Shown here: positions 13,049 through 25,243 of the stretch, piece by piece | Layout: each line of letters begins with the position of its first letter | How positions within the stretch are numbered: the stretch's first letter is position 1 | Source: Octopus sinensis | Lineage: Eukaryota | DNA length: 64,000 bases | Direction: 5' to 3' | Assembly (NCBI RefSeq): GCF_006345805.1 | Contig: NC_043005.1 | Coordinates: 102,424,001-102,488,000, forward strand | Notes under the pieces: generated by a model | What the model was told of the DNA's origin: nothing | Databases searched by the model: none | The model's input: the letters and a program-made list of their open reading frames with translations, nothing else | Program-made: the position numbers and the translations under genes

Positions 13049-13642
13049 CTCAGACAGACAGACACACACACACATGCAGGTACACATACATACACACGCA
13101 CTCGCTCACGCACACACATACACGTAAGTATTAAAATATGCATTTTGATTTATTTTGATTATATTTCTTTCGTGCAGTAATATTCGCCAGTGTCTTAGTT
13201 TCACTAAACACTTTGTCACGGAATATTACATTCTCATCTTTGTAATTGACATTAATATTTGGGCAAGACTGGCAGTTTATGCTTCTTTGCAGTTTGCCTT
13301 TTAAAAGCCCTACATATGCCAGACATGTATGCAATGACCCATTCAGGAACGACTACTCCGAATGCGGATTTTAAATTCTTTCACGTTTATTTCCTGTTTA
13401 TATATCTACGGAAATTCCCTGCGCATATTTCAATGCCTCTCTTTTCTAAACATTGAACTACGCAAATCGGTCAACTTGGAACAGTAGAAATTGAACTCCA
13501 ATATTCCAATGAGCCATTATATTAGGAATACCCTTCCAAACTTTATTGTGAGGATTCTTTTTTGCATTGTAGAGGGTCTTATTTATCTAATTTAATGATT
13601 ATTTCAATCTCTTTTTCAGATCGTAGTATAAATTAAGCTAAG

Positions 13643-14710
13643 ATGCGTGACCTCACTGAGTTCGTAAAAAGGAAAATTGTTGGAGCTCGAATGACAGGAG
13701 CTTCCGCCACCAGAACAGCTGAACTCCTCGGTTTTTCGAGAGCTACTGTATGAAGGACTATGACTGAATTTTGAGAAGCAGGGCAAGACCTACACTAGGA
13801 GGAATAAGTCCGACAGGACTTTGAAGCTCACTGAAAGAGACTGTCGCGTGTTGAATTGAATTGTGATGAAAAATAACCGGGCAACTGCTCCTAAAGTAAC
13901 TACAGAGTTGAAACAACATCTGACTAGTCCAGTTTCGACCAAAAATGTTCGTTGTGGGCTCAATAAAACCGGATATCATGAAAAAGCCGCCATAAGGAAA
14001 CCTGCTTTCTCATCAAAACATCCCGAAAAGGCTGAGTTGGTGTAGATATCACAAGGACTAGCAGACAGACCAATGGATGCATGTAATTTTCTCGGATGAG
14101 ATCAATTTTTCTCTTTTCTCCACCGCAGGGCGAGTTTATGTGTGCAGGCAACCCGGGGAAGCTCTAGACCCTGACTTCTGCTTATAGTGAAGGACGGAGG
14201 AGGGACTGTGATAGTTTAGGCTGCTATTTCTTGGAATTCTCTTGGTTCAATCGTTGCGCTGCATGGTAAGATCAATAGCAATGATTATCTGAATATTTTG
14301 GGAAATCCAATCCTTCCATGGTCCAGACATTATACTTTGATGGTCTGTGCAGCTTCTGAGATGATAAATACACTTCTCTCATGTGGTTAAAAACTGGTAT
14401 TAAGCGTATAATAATGATCTACAGCACATAGAATGGTCCCCTCAATCTCTAGATCTTATTATTTAGAATCTGTGGTGCATCGTGGAGCGACAAGGTAGAA
14501 GTCGCTACCCTCTACAGTCGTGTCTGCAACAGCTGGAGCAGGTTTTGCAGGAAGAAAAGCACAAGATTCCTCTCAATGCAGTCAGGAAGCTGTATGAATC
14601 AATTTCTAGACGCATCGAAGCTGTTCAGAAAGCTAAAGGAGGACCAACTCCATGTTAACTATATGTTCAATGAATACAACACGTGTTCCACTTATTTAGT
14701 CCAATACCGG
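13643..14710 (+). mobile_element. Tc1-like transposon, decayed near-full-length transposase
   Basis: ATG at 13643 reads MRDLTEFVKRKIVGARMTGASATRTAELLGFSRATV*; later pieces include MKNNRATAPKVTTELKQHLTSPVSTKNVR, IFSDE, IVWAAISW and WSP-SLDL. Ends KAKGGPTPC* (14656-14658) and a TIR-like ttagtccaataccgg then TA. Multiple stops and frameshifts. Confidence 0.88.
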
Positions 14711-15199
14711 TATATATATATTATACATTAAAAGTGAAATTCAAACTTGCTTCCTTGCTTGCAATGTAACACAGCCAGATTGCCGGGTAATGGGAAAATA
14801 CTTTGAAAGTAAAGTGCTCCTGAAATGTGAATTCGGATGAAATAAAATAAGTTTCGCGTAAACTGGACCAGTAGTTATTGAGATATTCGTGGTTTTGGAG
14901 TATAAATACCCCAAATGGTGCATAATGGGAAAATACTCCAAAAATAACTTCACCCCGAAAGGCAAGAAACTCAAACTTTTGCAGTAGATACGTTATGATG
15001 GGCAAAATAATTTAAAGACAGAACGACTTTAAAAATACGGTAAATATTTCTTAAAAGACCCGTTCGTAACCTCGTAATATTTCCATACGTTTCTTTCGGG
15101 GGCATTTAGCGTATTTCACCGCCAATGATTTAGCTGCTAATTTTAGCTCACTCCGCCCCGACGTAACATTTATTGCAATAAAGGATCCGAAATGCCTGC

Positions 15200-15321
15200 T
15201 ACATGGTAGCAGGGCGTGCAAGAAATAGGAGGTAAATCTTTCCCTTTTTCGAGGAGAGGAGTCGTTTATGCGTGATTTCGATGTCACATTCGTTGAAATC
15301 ATGCAATATAAACTGGAAAAG
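15200..15321 (+). repeat. Dispersed repeat module homologous to 34081-34200 (opposite strand)
   Basis: Aligns along its length; the shared frame reads F(M/T)RDFDVT(F/Y)VE(I/S)MQ(Y/N)KLEK. Confidence 0.75.
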
Positions 15322-15402
15322 AAAAAAAAACACGAGTAAACAAAACTCCATGGCTGGGAAACTCAGATTTTCTCGGTGTCTCAACGAGTCACAGATAGTC
15401 TA

Positions 15403-15472
<70 letters not shown>

Positions 15473-15487
15473 TATATATATACAGAC

Positions 15488-15518
<31 letters not shown>

Positions 15519-16246
15519 AGATACATACATAGATAGGGAGATAGAGCGATACACAAAACACAGGTATACACACACAAACATGTTTATACATATATATGCG
15601 TATACGCCTATACGCACTCTTGTAGTAACCTGTTGCGACTAGGACTAAATCATCTTTACCAACATGCAGTAATTGTGAGGTCGAAAACGCGAACCGATAC
15701 CACGTGGGTCTGTCATTCATGGCTCCTTCCTCGTCATACTCTCTCTTCTCTTCCTTCTTTTCTCCTCGAATTTTCTCAAGTATTTGAAGAGGGGTGTTTT
15801 CGAAACGTAATTCCTTTTACATGTTCCATTCTTTCCTGATAATCAAACATAATTTTCACCGAATCTCTCGTGTTTTTTATGGGCATTTTTTTTTGGTATT
15901 GGTTTCCTGTTTTGCTACAAATACATACACATATACGTACACGTACACACACACACACACACACACACAAATATATCTATATATACATACATGGTTAATG
16001 GACAATATGTCCAATTTTTCGGCATATTTGGCATTAGGAATTTTTTCGTTTGCACTTATTTATGAATTGTTTATAATTTTAACCTTTAAAGGTATTTTTT
16101 AATATGCTGGCCATTGATAAAATGTTTTTGGGAAAAGAATTTTTTTCGAAAAAAATTTTATCCTCCATTTAGATATATTTGCATACATATATATATATAT
16201 ATCCATGCACATATCTAAAGTTATCTACTACTACTACTGCTACTAT

Positions 16247-16310
<64 letters not shown>

Positions 16311-16482
16311 AATTCATACCATCCATTATTCCCTGGTGTTTTGGCATAATGCCTTCTCTTATTGAGTTCTTTTCGTGGTATCAGAAATTTAATATATCTT
16401 AATACTACTAAAATTCTAGATGTTTGTTTGCTCCCGAAATATCCCAAGTGAGCGTGCATGTCTGTCTAATAATATATATATA

Positions 16483-16519
<37 letters not shown>

Positions 16520-16688
16520 TTTAAATAACGAGGGTGATAAATTGAGTATTAATTTAATTAATATCAATTTAAATCCAGTAGCCTAGCATATAGATAAATC
16601 GAAAAAAATCAGAAAAAATGTCAATACATTTGTATATTTAGCGATAACCACTAGTGTTTAGTTTCACAAATTTTAGTGAATTGGAACG

Positions 16689-16762
16689 GTCGTACTGACG
16701 AGTCTACAGAGGAAAAAATTACATAAGTAATTATCGGTAAATAGACGAAACCGGTCTATGAT
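16689..16762 (+). ncRNA. Type I hammerhead ribozyme motif with canonical core (PLE-type, palindromic helix III)
   Basis: Stem I GUCGUA(16689-94)/UAUGAU(16757-62); core CUGACGA(16695-701); stem II GUCUA(16702-06)/UAGAC(16742-46); GAAA(16747-50); loopless palindromic helix III ACCGGU; GUC triplet, cleavage predicted after 16756. Confidence 0.8.
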
Positions 16763-16923
16763 TAATTCTTAATTTTTATATATTTTCATCTGTCTTACCC
16801 GCTTATGTTCTGATGTTTGCTAAATTTCTCTAGAAAACATTCTTTTCTTTGTAGTTAGATCGTATGTCACCTTCTTCTAGCATATTGGTTATCCACCTAG
16901 TGGTTATCCCCAAATATACATAC

Positions 16924-16979
<56 letters not shown>

Positions 16980-17084
16980 TATTATAATTATATATATATT
17001 ATATATATATATACATACACAGGCGCACCTGCTAACACACAGTACGCGCGCCCATACCTACATATTTCTTGAAGCACTTCGTCG

Positions 17085-17378
17085 TTTACGACGATGAGGC
17101 TTCAGGTTGATCCTGCTCGTGAAATTAACGTGTAATTGGCTGAGCACTCCACAGACACGTGTACCCTTAACGTAGTTCTCGGGGATATTCAGCGTGACAC
17201 AGAAAGTGTCAAGGCCGGCCCTTTGAAATACAGGTACAACAGAAACAGGAAGTAAGAGTGAGAGAAAGTTGTGGTGAAAGAGTACAGCAGGGATCACAAC
17301 GCCCGGTCTTGTAATCGAAACCGCGATCCTATGACCGCGAGTCCGCTGCACTAGCCACTGGGCCATTGCGCCTCCACA
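17085..17378 (-). mobile_element. tRNA-derived SINE
   Basis: Minus-strand head gtggaggcgcaatggcccagtggctagtgcagcggactcgcggtcataggatcgcggtttcgatt; the same head occurs on the plus strand at 62815-62890. Confidence 0.8.
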
Positions 17379-17499
17379 TACCTACATATACACTCGGACA
17401 TATCAGCTTCAAACGCACGCTAGTGCTTACATACAGACGGACATATTCCAGGTAAAAGACGGTTCTGTCTCTTGTCATCCATGTCTGAAGTATACTTCT

Positions 17500-17705
17500 T
17501 CCATTTCTGGTTTTTCGGCAGGCTTTGACCGCTTAATTTGCACCTGTTTTATACTATTTCTATTTTATTCGTTCTACCCTTCCCGTAGAACAGCGTTAGC
17601 TCGAAACGTTAATGATTTCGTCCATTTTCACCTGAGCGTAAAACCAATACATTCTGTTATGCTTTCACGTCGTCTTTTTGAGATTTGTCTTTGTTTTTCT
17701 GGCCA
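17500..17705 (+). mobile_element. Short PLE-tail-like repeat with degenerate hammerhead motif
   Basis: cccgtagaacagc-gtta-gctc-gaaac-gtt followed by cctgagcgtaaaaccaatac; homologous to 24841-24915. Confidence 0.5.
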
Positions 17706-17719
17706 CGTGTGTGTGTTGT

Positions 17720-17769
<50 letters not shown>

Positions 17770-17974
17770 TTGCCTGCATAGGTGCGTGTAACGCTTTTGC
17801 AAAGATAAATACAACCTTTCGCAAACACAAGCATACACGCATGCACACTCATTCATAGAGTTTGCCTTGAGGACAAGCAATGGGGGACAATCATAAACAC
17901 AAAGACACAGACAGATAGACACACACACACATTCACACACACATACAAACACACACACGAATACACACACATGT

Positions 17975-18120
17975 ATATACAACAGGTTACTTTCAGTTTC
18001 CCTCAACCAAATCCACGCAAAGGACTATGGTAGACAATGCCTGCCCAAGGTGCCATTCAGTGGGACTGAATCCGTATCTATGAGGTTGGGAAGCAAAATA
18101 ATTACCACACAGCTACGCTA
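17975..18120 (-). mobile_element. SINE 5' fragment (family of 8085-8478)
   Basis: tttcagtttccctcaaccaaatccac...cccaaggtgcc...agtgggactgaatcc...ttaccacacagc. Confidence 0.7.
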
Positions 18121-18504
18121 TCTGTATGTGTATGGAAGTGCGTGCGCTCGTGTACATGTGTTTATTCACACACTTACATATGGACACACAGACACACATA
18201 GATATAAGAATCTAATGATATAGACAAATGATTTTAGATCGTTGAGGAGGAAAGTAGGTGGGTTGGGAGAGAGACACCAATTTTAATAGTTATAAATATA
18301 TGCATGAACTACAGATACATCGATAGTATATTGAGCTCTGTGAAGACAAAGTTCTTGATTATGGTTGCATATAGCGTGCACTGTTGCCTTTATGCATTTA
18401 GAATGGTCTTTTCCGTAAACATGTGTAAACATTACTGTTTAAATTCATACCCGTGATATATTTATTACGTTTATAGAAATACAAATACACGCATACATAC
18501 ATGA

Positions 18505-18570
<66 letters not shown>

Positions 18571-18751
18571 CTATCTATATTTATCTCTCTCTCTATATAT
18601 ATATGTGTATATTTCTAAGTATATATATGTATATATATATGTATGCATATATATGTACAAAGATCTAGATACGAATATATACACACGCATATATGTTTGT
18701 ATATATATATATATTTATATTTGTATACATGTGTATATATATATATATACA

Positions 18752-18804
<53 letters not shown>

Positions 18805-18917
18805 GTCTATCTATCTATCTATATATATATATATATGTATATATGTATAAGTATATGTATGTATATATGTCTATGCATATATATACATAGAAAGATCTTG
18901 ATACGAATATATACACA

Positions 18918-18978
<61 letters not shown>

Positions 18979-19364
18979 GTCTTGTGTGTGTGCGTATGTA
19001 GGTTGTCAGACATGCGCATTTGTATTATATATGGTGATGTACAGGAAATATCTTTGTATGTATTCATGCATATGTGAATATGTGCGTGTGCGTGCGCGCG
19101 AGCCTGTGTTTAGCTATGGAATGATGATGTACCATTCGCATAGTTTCTCTATGTCTATATTTGTTTGAACTCTAGCCATCTCAGGCATATATGCATAGGA
19201 ACACTCACATGTAACGCATATATAGACACAGAGAGATATACACACACTCACACCCACAGACACATGCACACACATGGTACACTCTTTCATACAAACGCAT
19301 ACGGACACACACGAACACATACACGCATACACGCACACAACACACTCTTACACCTAACCACTCT

Positions 19365-19398
<34 letters not shown>

Positions 19399-19427
19399 AC
19401 TTACTATCTCTTTGAATTGCTTTGCAG

Positions 19428-19492
19428 CTCTGAACCAAATACTCCAGCGATTTCCGTTCTTTTTCCAATACATCAAAACATGTTCACGCAAT
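19428..19492 (+). CDS. Candidate internal exon
   Basis: Acceptor tctctttgaattgctttgcAG and donor AAT|GTAAAT. Frame CT+LNQILQRFPFFFQYIKTCSRN ends in phase 0, compatible with joining 23384. Confidence 0.3.
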
Positions 19493-19911
19493 GTAAATGG
19501 TGATATATGAGTCTACAATCTGTGAATATGTATGAATGTGCAAGTATGTATGAAGAAGCAGAGAATGATGTCCAAATATGTGCATTGCATGTACATTTTT
19601 TCTACTGCATATTTATTTATGAGATCGTATGTTGGAAAATTCTTTAGTCACAAAACAACATACATATGTATATCGTAGACTTTAAGTACGACGTAAACCA
19701 GGTGATTTAAGAGGGGAAAACTTAGAAACAAATTCATGCCAAGTTTATTGATAAACATATACGTATACACACAAATTTTGGGCCAAATATTCACACACGT
19801 TTATACACATATGTTTATATACATTCACACAAACATACGCGTGTCATTATTAATTCATTCTTCACTCTACATATATACATATATATATACTTATATATAT
19901 TATATATATAA

Positions 19912-19947
<36 letters not shown>

Positions 19948-20021
19948 GATATATATATATATTTATACATATATATATTATATATTATAATATATATATA
20001 TGTATATACTTACATACATAC

Positions 20022-20059
<38 letters not shown>

Positions 20060-21275
20060 CTCGTAAATAGAGGCACACACAGAAATACGTACAATACATA
20101 TAGACATATTGAAAATGCCTTCCTTTCATACAACGGAATTCTTTTCTATACATACGTTCATTTATTTTGTATGTCATGTTTGGAGTAAATGATATATTGA
20201 CGCAGTCAAATTCTCATGAATTTTTCTTGCATATAAAACTCAGGAGACTTTAAATTTTATAGCAAACCGGTTGAAATTTGACAAAAAATAAAAAAAATTT
20301 CACCATCTCTATCAGACTTCTTCACACGCAACTTTAGTTCTACTGGGGTTCGATACAAGCACAAACATACATAATAACATGCATATCTGCATTTCCATTT
20401 ATGTACATAGGCACATATATACATACATATATACATACGTACACGCACATATATATTGAATGATTTACAGATATATATATATATATATATATAGGGGAGG
20501 AATGTTAAAGATGAATAAAATAGTTACATACGCTTCTATTGGTAAAATTGAAATCTCTTCTTTTCCATAATTCTGTAGTTTATTTCATGTTACATATGCG
20601 TTTCTACGTGTATGTTTGTAGTATGTACATGCAAATATATATATACACACAAATCAACTTTTTATTTTCTCTCTCCCTGTCCTCCTCTCTTTCCTCCATT
20701 TCTCTTCCCCCTCTCTCTCTATACACATATACACACACATATATAACATACATACACACTCAACTACATGCACACATTTACACACATACGCACGTATGCT
20801 CTGTGTGTGTGTGTTTCAAACAAAGTAACTTCTCACAAAAGCCCACATACGTGTATCCAGTTGAATCTAGTTAAATTTACTTCAGAATATATTCCAATAT
20901 AAATACATAATTTCCTTGCTGCCAGCCATTCTGTCGGTTGTTTTGAAGTATACCTCTTTCCTAGTTATCCCTCCAATGATGAATTACTTGTCATGTGCTT
21001 ACAAATCCTTTTGTTGTTTCTCAATTGCTTACTATTCTTATGACTATCAATTGACAGATACAATTGGACAGAAAAATATCATCATCATCAACATCATCAT
21101 TTTCTTCATCATAATAATGTTATCATTCATACCATTTAAATTATATTTCTTCCTATTTTTATTGTATTATGTTAAATTGTGGTAATTTCTAGGTTCGAAT
21201 ACGTTCGAGGCCTTCTACATATATATATATATTATATATATATATATATTATATATATATATATATATACATATA

Positions 21276-21308
<33 letters not shown>

Positions 21309-21666
21309 ATCTATTATCTATATATATATATATATATACTCGCAGAGCCCTCGGCCTCGATACACACAACGCACACATTACACAAACATACACACACACA
21401 CACATAAATACACACATGATTTTTATGATTATTTTATATCGCAGCTACTGCAATATGGCGTTCTTGTTTACAAGTTTTCAAGCAGACAGTCACCGCTTTA
21501 GTAAATTTCAAAGGTTTTTGAATGACAATGAATGCTATGTGCGACTCGGTGCAAAAGTATTCGTACCACTCCGTGTAGCACCGGATTTTCAAAACCTTCA
21601 TCTTTCGATAATAAAAAAGCTGTGAATATATACATGCACACACGCTTATATATATATATATATATA

Positions 21667-22254
21667 CATTATATAAAGGGCTTAGTAAAATAAATTACTT
21701 TCCGCATACTGAACTCATTAGAAATAGTAGCTAAAAAAACTGTTTTTAAAACTATTTCTACTAATTAAGAAAACCTCTCTCATATAGTGTTTGCTCAATT
21801 CAACTCACGAAAGTTGGGGGTAAAGACATTAAAAAATCAAATGCATTGTGTTTACTGATTTTAACCCACGCTGGTGGAAGGGAGAGCAGAAATTCTTCGC
21901 TTGCATATTTGAGTTTGCTGGCACTGTTAGTTTCGAGCAGATCTTCAGAAGCGATAAGAAGCCGAAAGGGTATGCTCCCACTTTCAGTGTTTCAAATCCA
22001 ACCAAGGAGTTCTGAGCTGATGATAGAAATGTCGGAGTTGACTAATCTTGAAACTTACGTTCTCAAATAACCTTTGCATTTGATTTTTTATGTCTTACCC
22101 ATTACTTTCGTGAGTGAATTGAGCAAACACTATATGAGAGAGGGTTTTCTTAAGTATTAGAAAATAGTTTTAAAAAAGTTTTTAGCTACTATTTCTAATG
22201 AGTTCAGTATGCGGCAAAGTAATTATTTATTTTACTAAGCCCTTTTATATAATG
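21667..22254. mobile_element. Foldback/MITE-like element with ~180-bp inverted repeats
   Basis: Arms 21667-21845 and 22075-22254 are reverse complements (cattatataaagggcttagtaaaa...aaatcaaatgca). TA flanks both ends. Confidence 0.88.
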
Positions 22255-22497
22255 TAATAATTTGAATTCGCCTTAAATGGTCCCTTTGCATACTGATACT
22301 TGGTGAAATTTATAATAATTAATTAATTTTACCCTCAATTGTTGAAATATATATATATATATCTATATAATATATATATATATATGTGGTGTGTGTGGTG
22401 TGTGTGTGTGTGTATGTGTGTGTGTATACAATATATATATATATTTATGTATGTATATGTATATATATATATATGAATACATGCATACATATAATAT

Positions 22498-22547
<50 letters not shown>

Positions 22548-22611
22548 ACTGTAAATACGTGTGACAATTATTCGGTAGCCAGGATAAAACTCCGAGCGCA
22601 CACAACATATA

Positions 22612-22679
<68 letters not shown>

Positions 22680-22692
22680 CACATACATATAT

Positions 22693-22737
<45 letters not shown>

Positions 22738-23383
22738 CACACATATCTATAAACGATAAATGGGATCCACACAGAGTCGTGGTAAACTGCGCTAATAGAA
22801 CTTGCTAATTTGTAAAATCAACAAAAATTCTACGGTGAATTTGTTCTGGGGAGTAGAGAATCCTACGTTTCGTATAGAGTCCGTTAGCAAGGTTGGCAGG
22901 ACTGAAATTGAAGAAACACACCACACATTCAGGTGTCCATGTATTTAAAAATAAAACTGACTCCAGCTGACTAGGAACGTAAAACTTCGTTATTTATTTT
23001 TATGTGTCCAGGAAATAGCAGGAGATAGAATCCTGGTGTTTACCATATTCGTGTCAAATTTTGACGAAATATAACGACAGACTTTTTGAGATATTTCAGT
23101 TGCTAATTTATTCAAACAACTAGCCCTTTAGATGTTTTAAATACGAAACTATTCTACTTTGAATAACCAGTATTTCAGTGGTATGTATTGTTCTATAATA
23201 TATCAGAGGAAACATATTCACAGGTGAATCTGTTGGCTGTAAATTTGTTCCGTCATTTTGTGCTCTGAGTTCAACTTTACCCTTCATCTACCAGTTGTAG
23301 ATAAATGAAGAGTCGATTAATTACTGGATTCCATTTCTCCTTCCTTTTCTATCTCTGCCTCTGTTTGTCACTCTCCCTCTCAG

Positions 23384-23509
23384 CCGTTCAAGAATTTGGA
23401 CCTGGAGATCTTCATTTCCAGCAACTTCGAGGGCTACATCCCAGTGGTGTCGGGCGTCAACGAAGAACCCTCGACTACAACAAGATCACCAAAGTTTTTT
23501 TTTTCCAAG
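23384..23509 (+). CDS. Internal exon of an unidentified host gene (126 nt, phase 0/0)
   Basis: Long polypyrimidine acceptor ...gtcactctccctctcAG, donor AAG|GT. Open frame PFKNLDLEIFISSNFEGYIPVVSGVNEE... with strong C/G third-position bias against an AT-rich background. Confidence 0.65.
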
Positions 23510-24735
23510 GTCTGGGGTCTCCCGTCCCTAAGCCCTAGACCATCACCTAATCACCCTTACCCGTCTTGTTGCTTAACAACAACAACAACAACAACAACAC
23601 TCCATCTCACTTAGAATTGGTTAAACTGAGCTCTTCCCCCATCTCCCCTTATTTCTCTATTTATATCTCCAAAAATGATGGCAGTTCGATTTAGGGAATA
23701 GCAACATCTTTACCTATAGTATCACAAAAACTGTTCAAGGAATCCATATAGTGTGGTGGGCACTGACGGAGCAATGCTCATTAAGTAATACAAATGTTAA
23801 AACGAATCCACATTACTCAGGTATATTTTTTCTTTCAGTACTCATGTACATTTTAATGATTTCTGTTTATGGTAACGTTTAGCAATTTGTAATGATTGAT
23901 GGAACGCAAGCATTCGAAGCTGATCATTCTACTTTTAGAGAAATATGGTACTGTATTAAATGATTTTTCGTCTTCGTAAAACAAAATGGATGCGAAATAG
24001 AATCCGGTGTTATTTAATACCATTTCGATGGACCCTGTAGCGAGGTTTTTTTGTTTTTTTTGATACGTCATAATGCTTGTAACTGCTTCGTAATGATTCT
24101 CCACACTTGGAATCTGCACACGAATGAAGAAAAATAGTTACGGTGTGACGTGAAAAGTTTGAACATTTTCAGACGAGGCTTTCGAAAGAAACTTTGCCAA
24201 ATGAAACAACTTTCGGTCACCAGGATAGAGCTATGACATATCTTTCAAGGTAAATGTAAGGGTTCCTTTTCCGCGAAATGTCCTCGTCAGATATTCAAGA
24301 CGACTTATCCTCCTTAGATCTCCGGCTTCCAGCCTGATGTACTGGCCGAACTCTTCTTTCACAAGCATTCTCATCTAATAATAATCGATTAAATCACGAT
24401 TATTCCGTTCAAGGTTCTGTGTCTAAGACGCCAAATATTTCCGTTCCCCCTGAAAAACTAATCTACTGAATCCAACTAATAGAATTTTATTACGCTTTTT
24501 CCTGTTGCAGAACCTCCCCACTTCCAAATAATTAAATATGTCTACTGAGATATTAATAAGAATATTACGAGCATTAAAATAAAATACAACATATTTTCTC
24601 ATTGCAGACCCAAATCAATTACATACCTTATGAGTGTAGTGAGAACCACCAATTTTAAAATCTCATTGATTTAGCAGGTAACTATATATATATGCATATA
24701 TTATGTATGCATATATTATATATATTATATATATA

Positions 24736-24767
<32 letters not shown>

Positions 24768-24774
24768 CGCCATG

Positions 24775-24975
24775 TTGATTCGCTAGTTCTGCACGCAATT
24801 TTTTCTCTCCTTGTTTCTCTCCGTGTTTCTTTTCTGTGTATCTTTCTGTTGAAGAGCGTAGGCTCGAAACGTAAAAGACTTGTTTTATTTATATTCCTGA
24901 GCGCCATACTAATACAATTGTTTGTTTGTATTCCACCTGCCTTCGTCCTTTGTTTATTTTCATAAAGCTTCCCGT
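24775..24975 (+). mobile_element. Short PLE-tail-like repeat between (TA)n arrays
   Basis: Contains the hammerhead motif at 24841-24878 followed by ttcctgagcgccatactaatac; homologous to three other copies in the window. Confidence 0.65.
24841..24878 (+). ncRNA. Minimal hammerhead motif with one core substitution
   Basis: UCUUU / CUGUUGA (A6 to U) / A / GAGC-GUAG-GCUC / GAAA / C-GUA / AAAGA: perfect stems I and II and a palindromic ACGU helix III. Confidence 0.65.
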
Positions 24976-24993
24976 TATATATATATATATAAC

Positions 24994-25114
24994 TACAAAA
25001 TTTAGAGGAATGACCACTAATACTGGACAGCCTGTATGCTAGATATAGACGTCAAACTCGCCATTTACCACGAAGAATGTGTTCTTGATAGTGGTCATTC
25101 CTCTAAATTTTGTA
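24994..25114. mobile_element. Small MITE-like inverted repeat
   Basis: tacaaaatttagaggaatgaccacta (24994-25019) and its perfect reverse complement at 25089-25114. Confidence 0.75.
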
Positions 25115-25212
25115 TGTATAAAATTTTTAATCTACGGATTTTTTAAAAATATGCTAGGCCACTGCTTTTAATTGATTAATATAAATTTCTACTCTTAATT
25201 TTACATCACGAT

Positions 25213-25243
<31 letters not shown>

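Noticed and set aside
17404-17451. CCAG|GTAAAA donor with an open frame upstream
   Set aside because: There is no polypyrimidine acceptor and the sequence is low-complexity SINE flank.
24173-24249. 77-nt AG...GT block after the 23384 exon
   Set aside because: The acceptor is weak, the frame depends on the unresolved indels upstream, and there is no codon bias.
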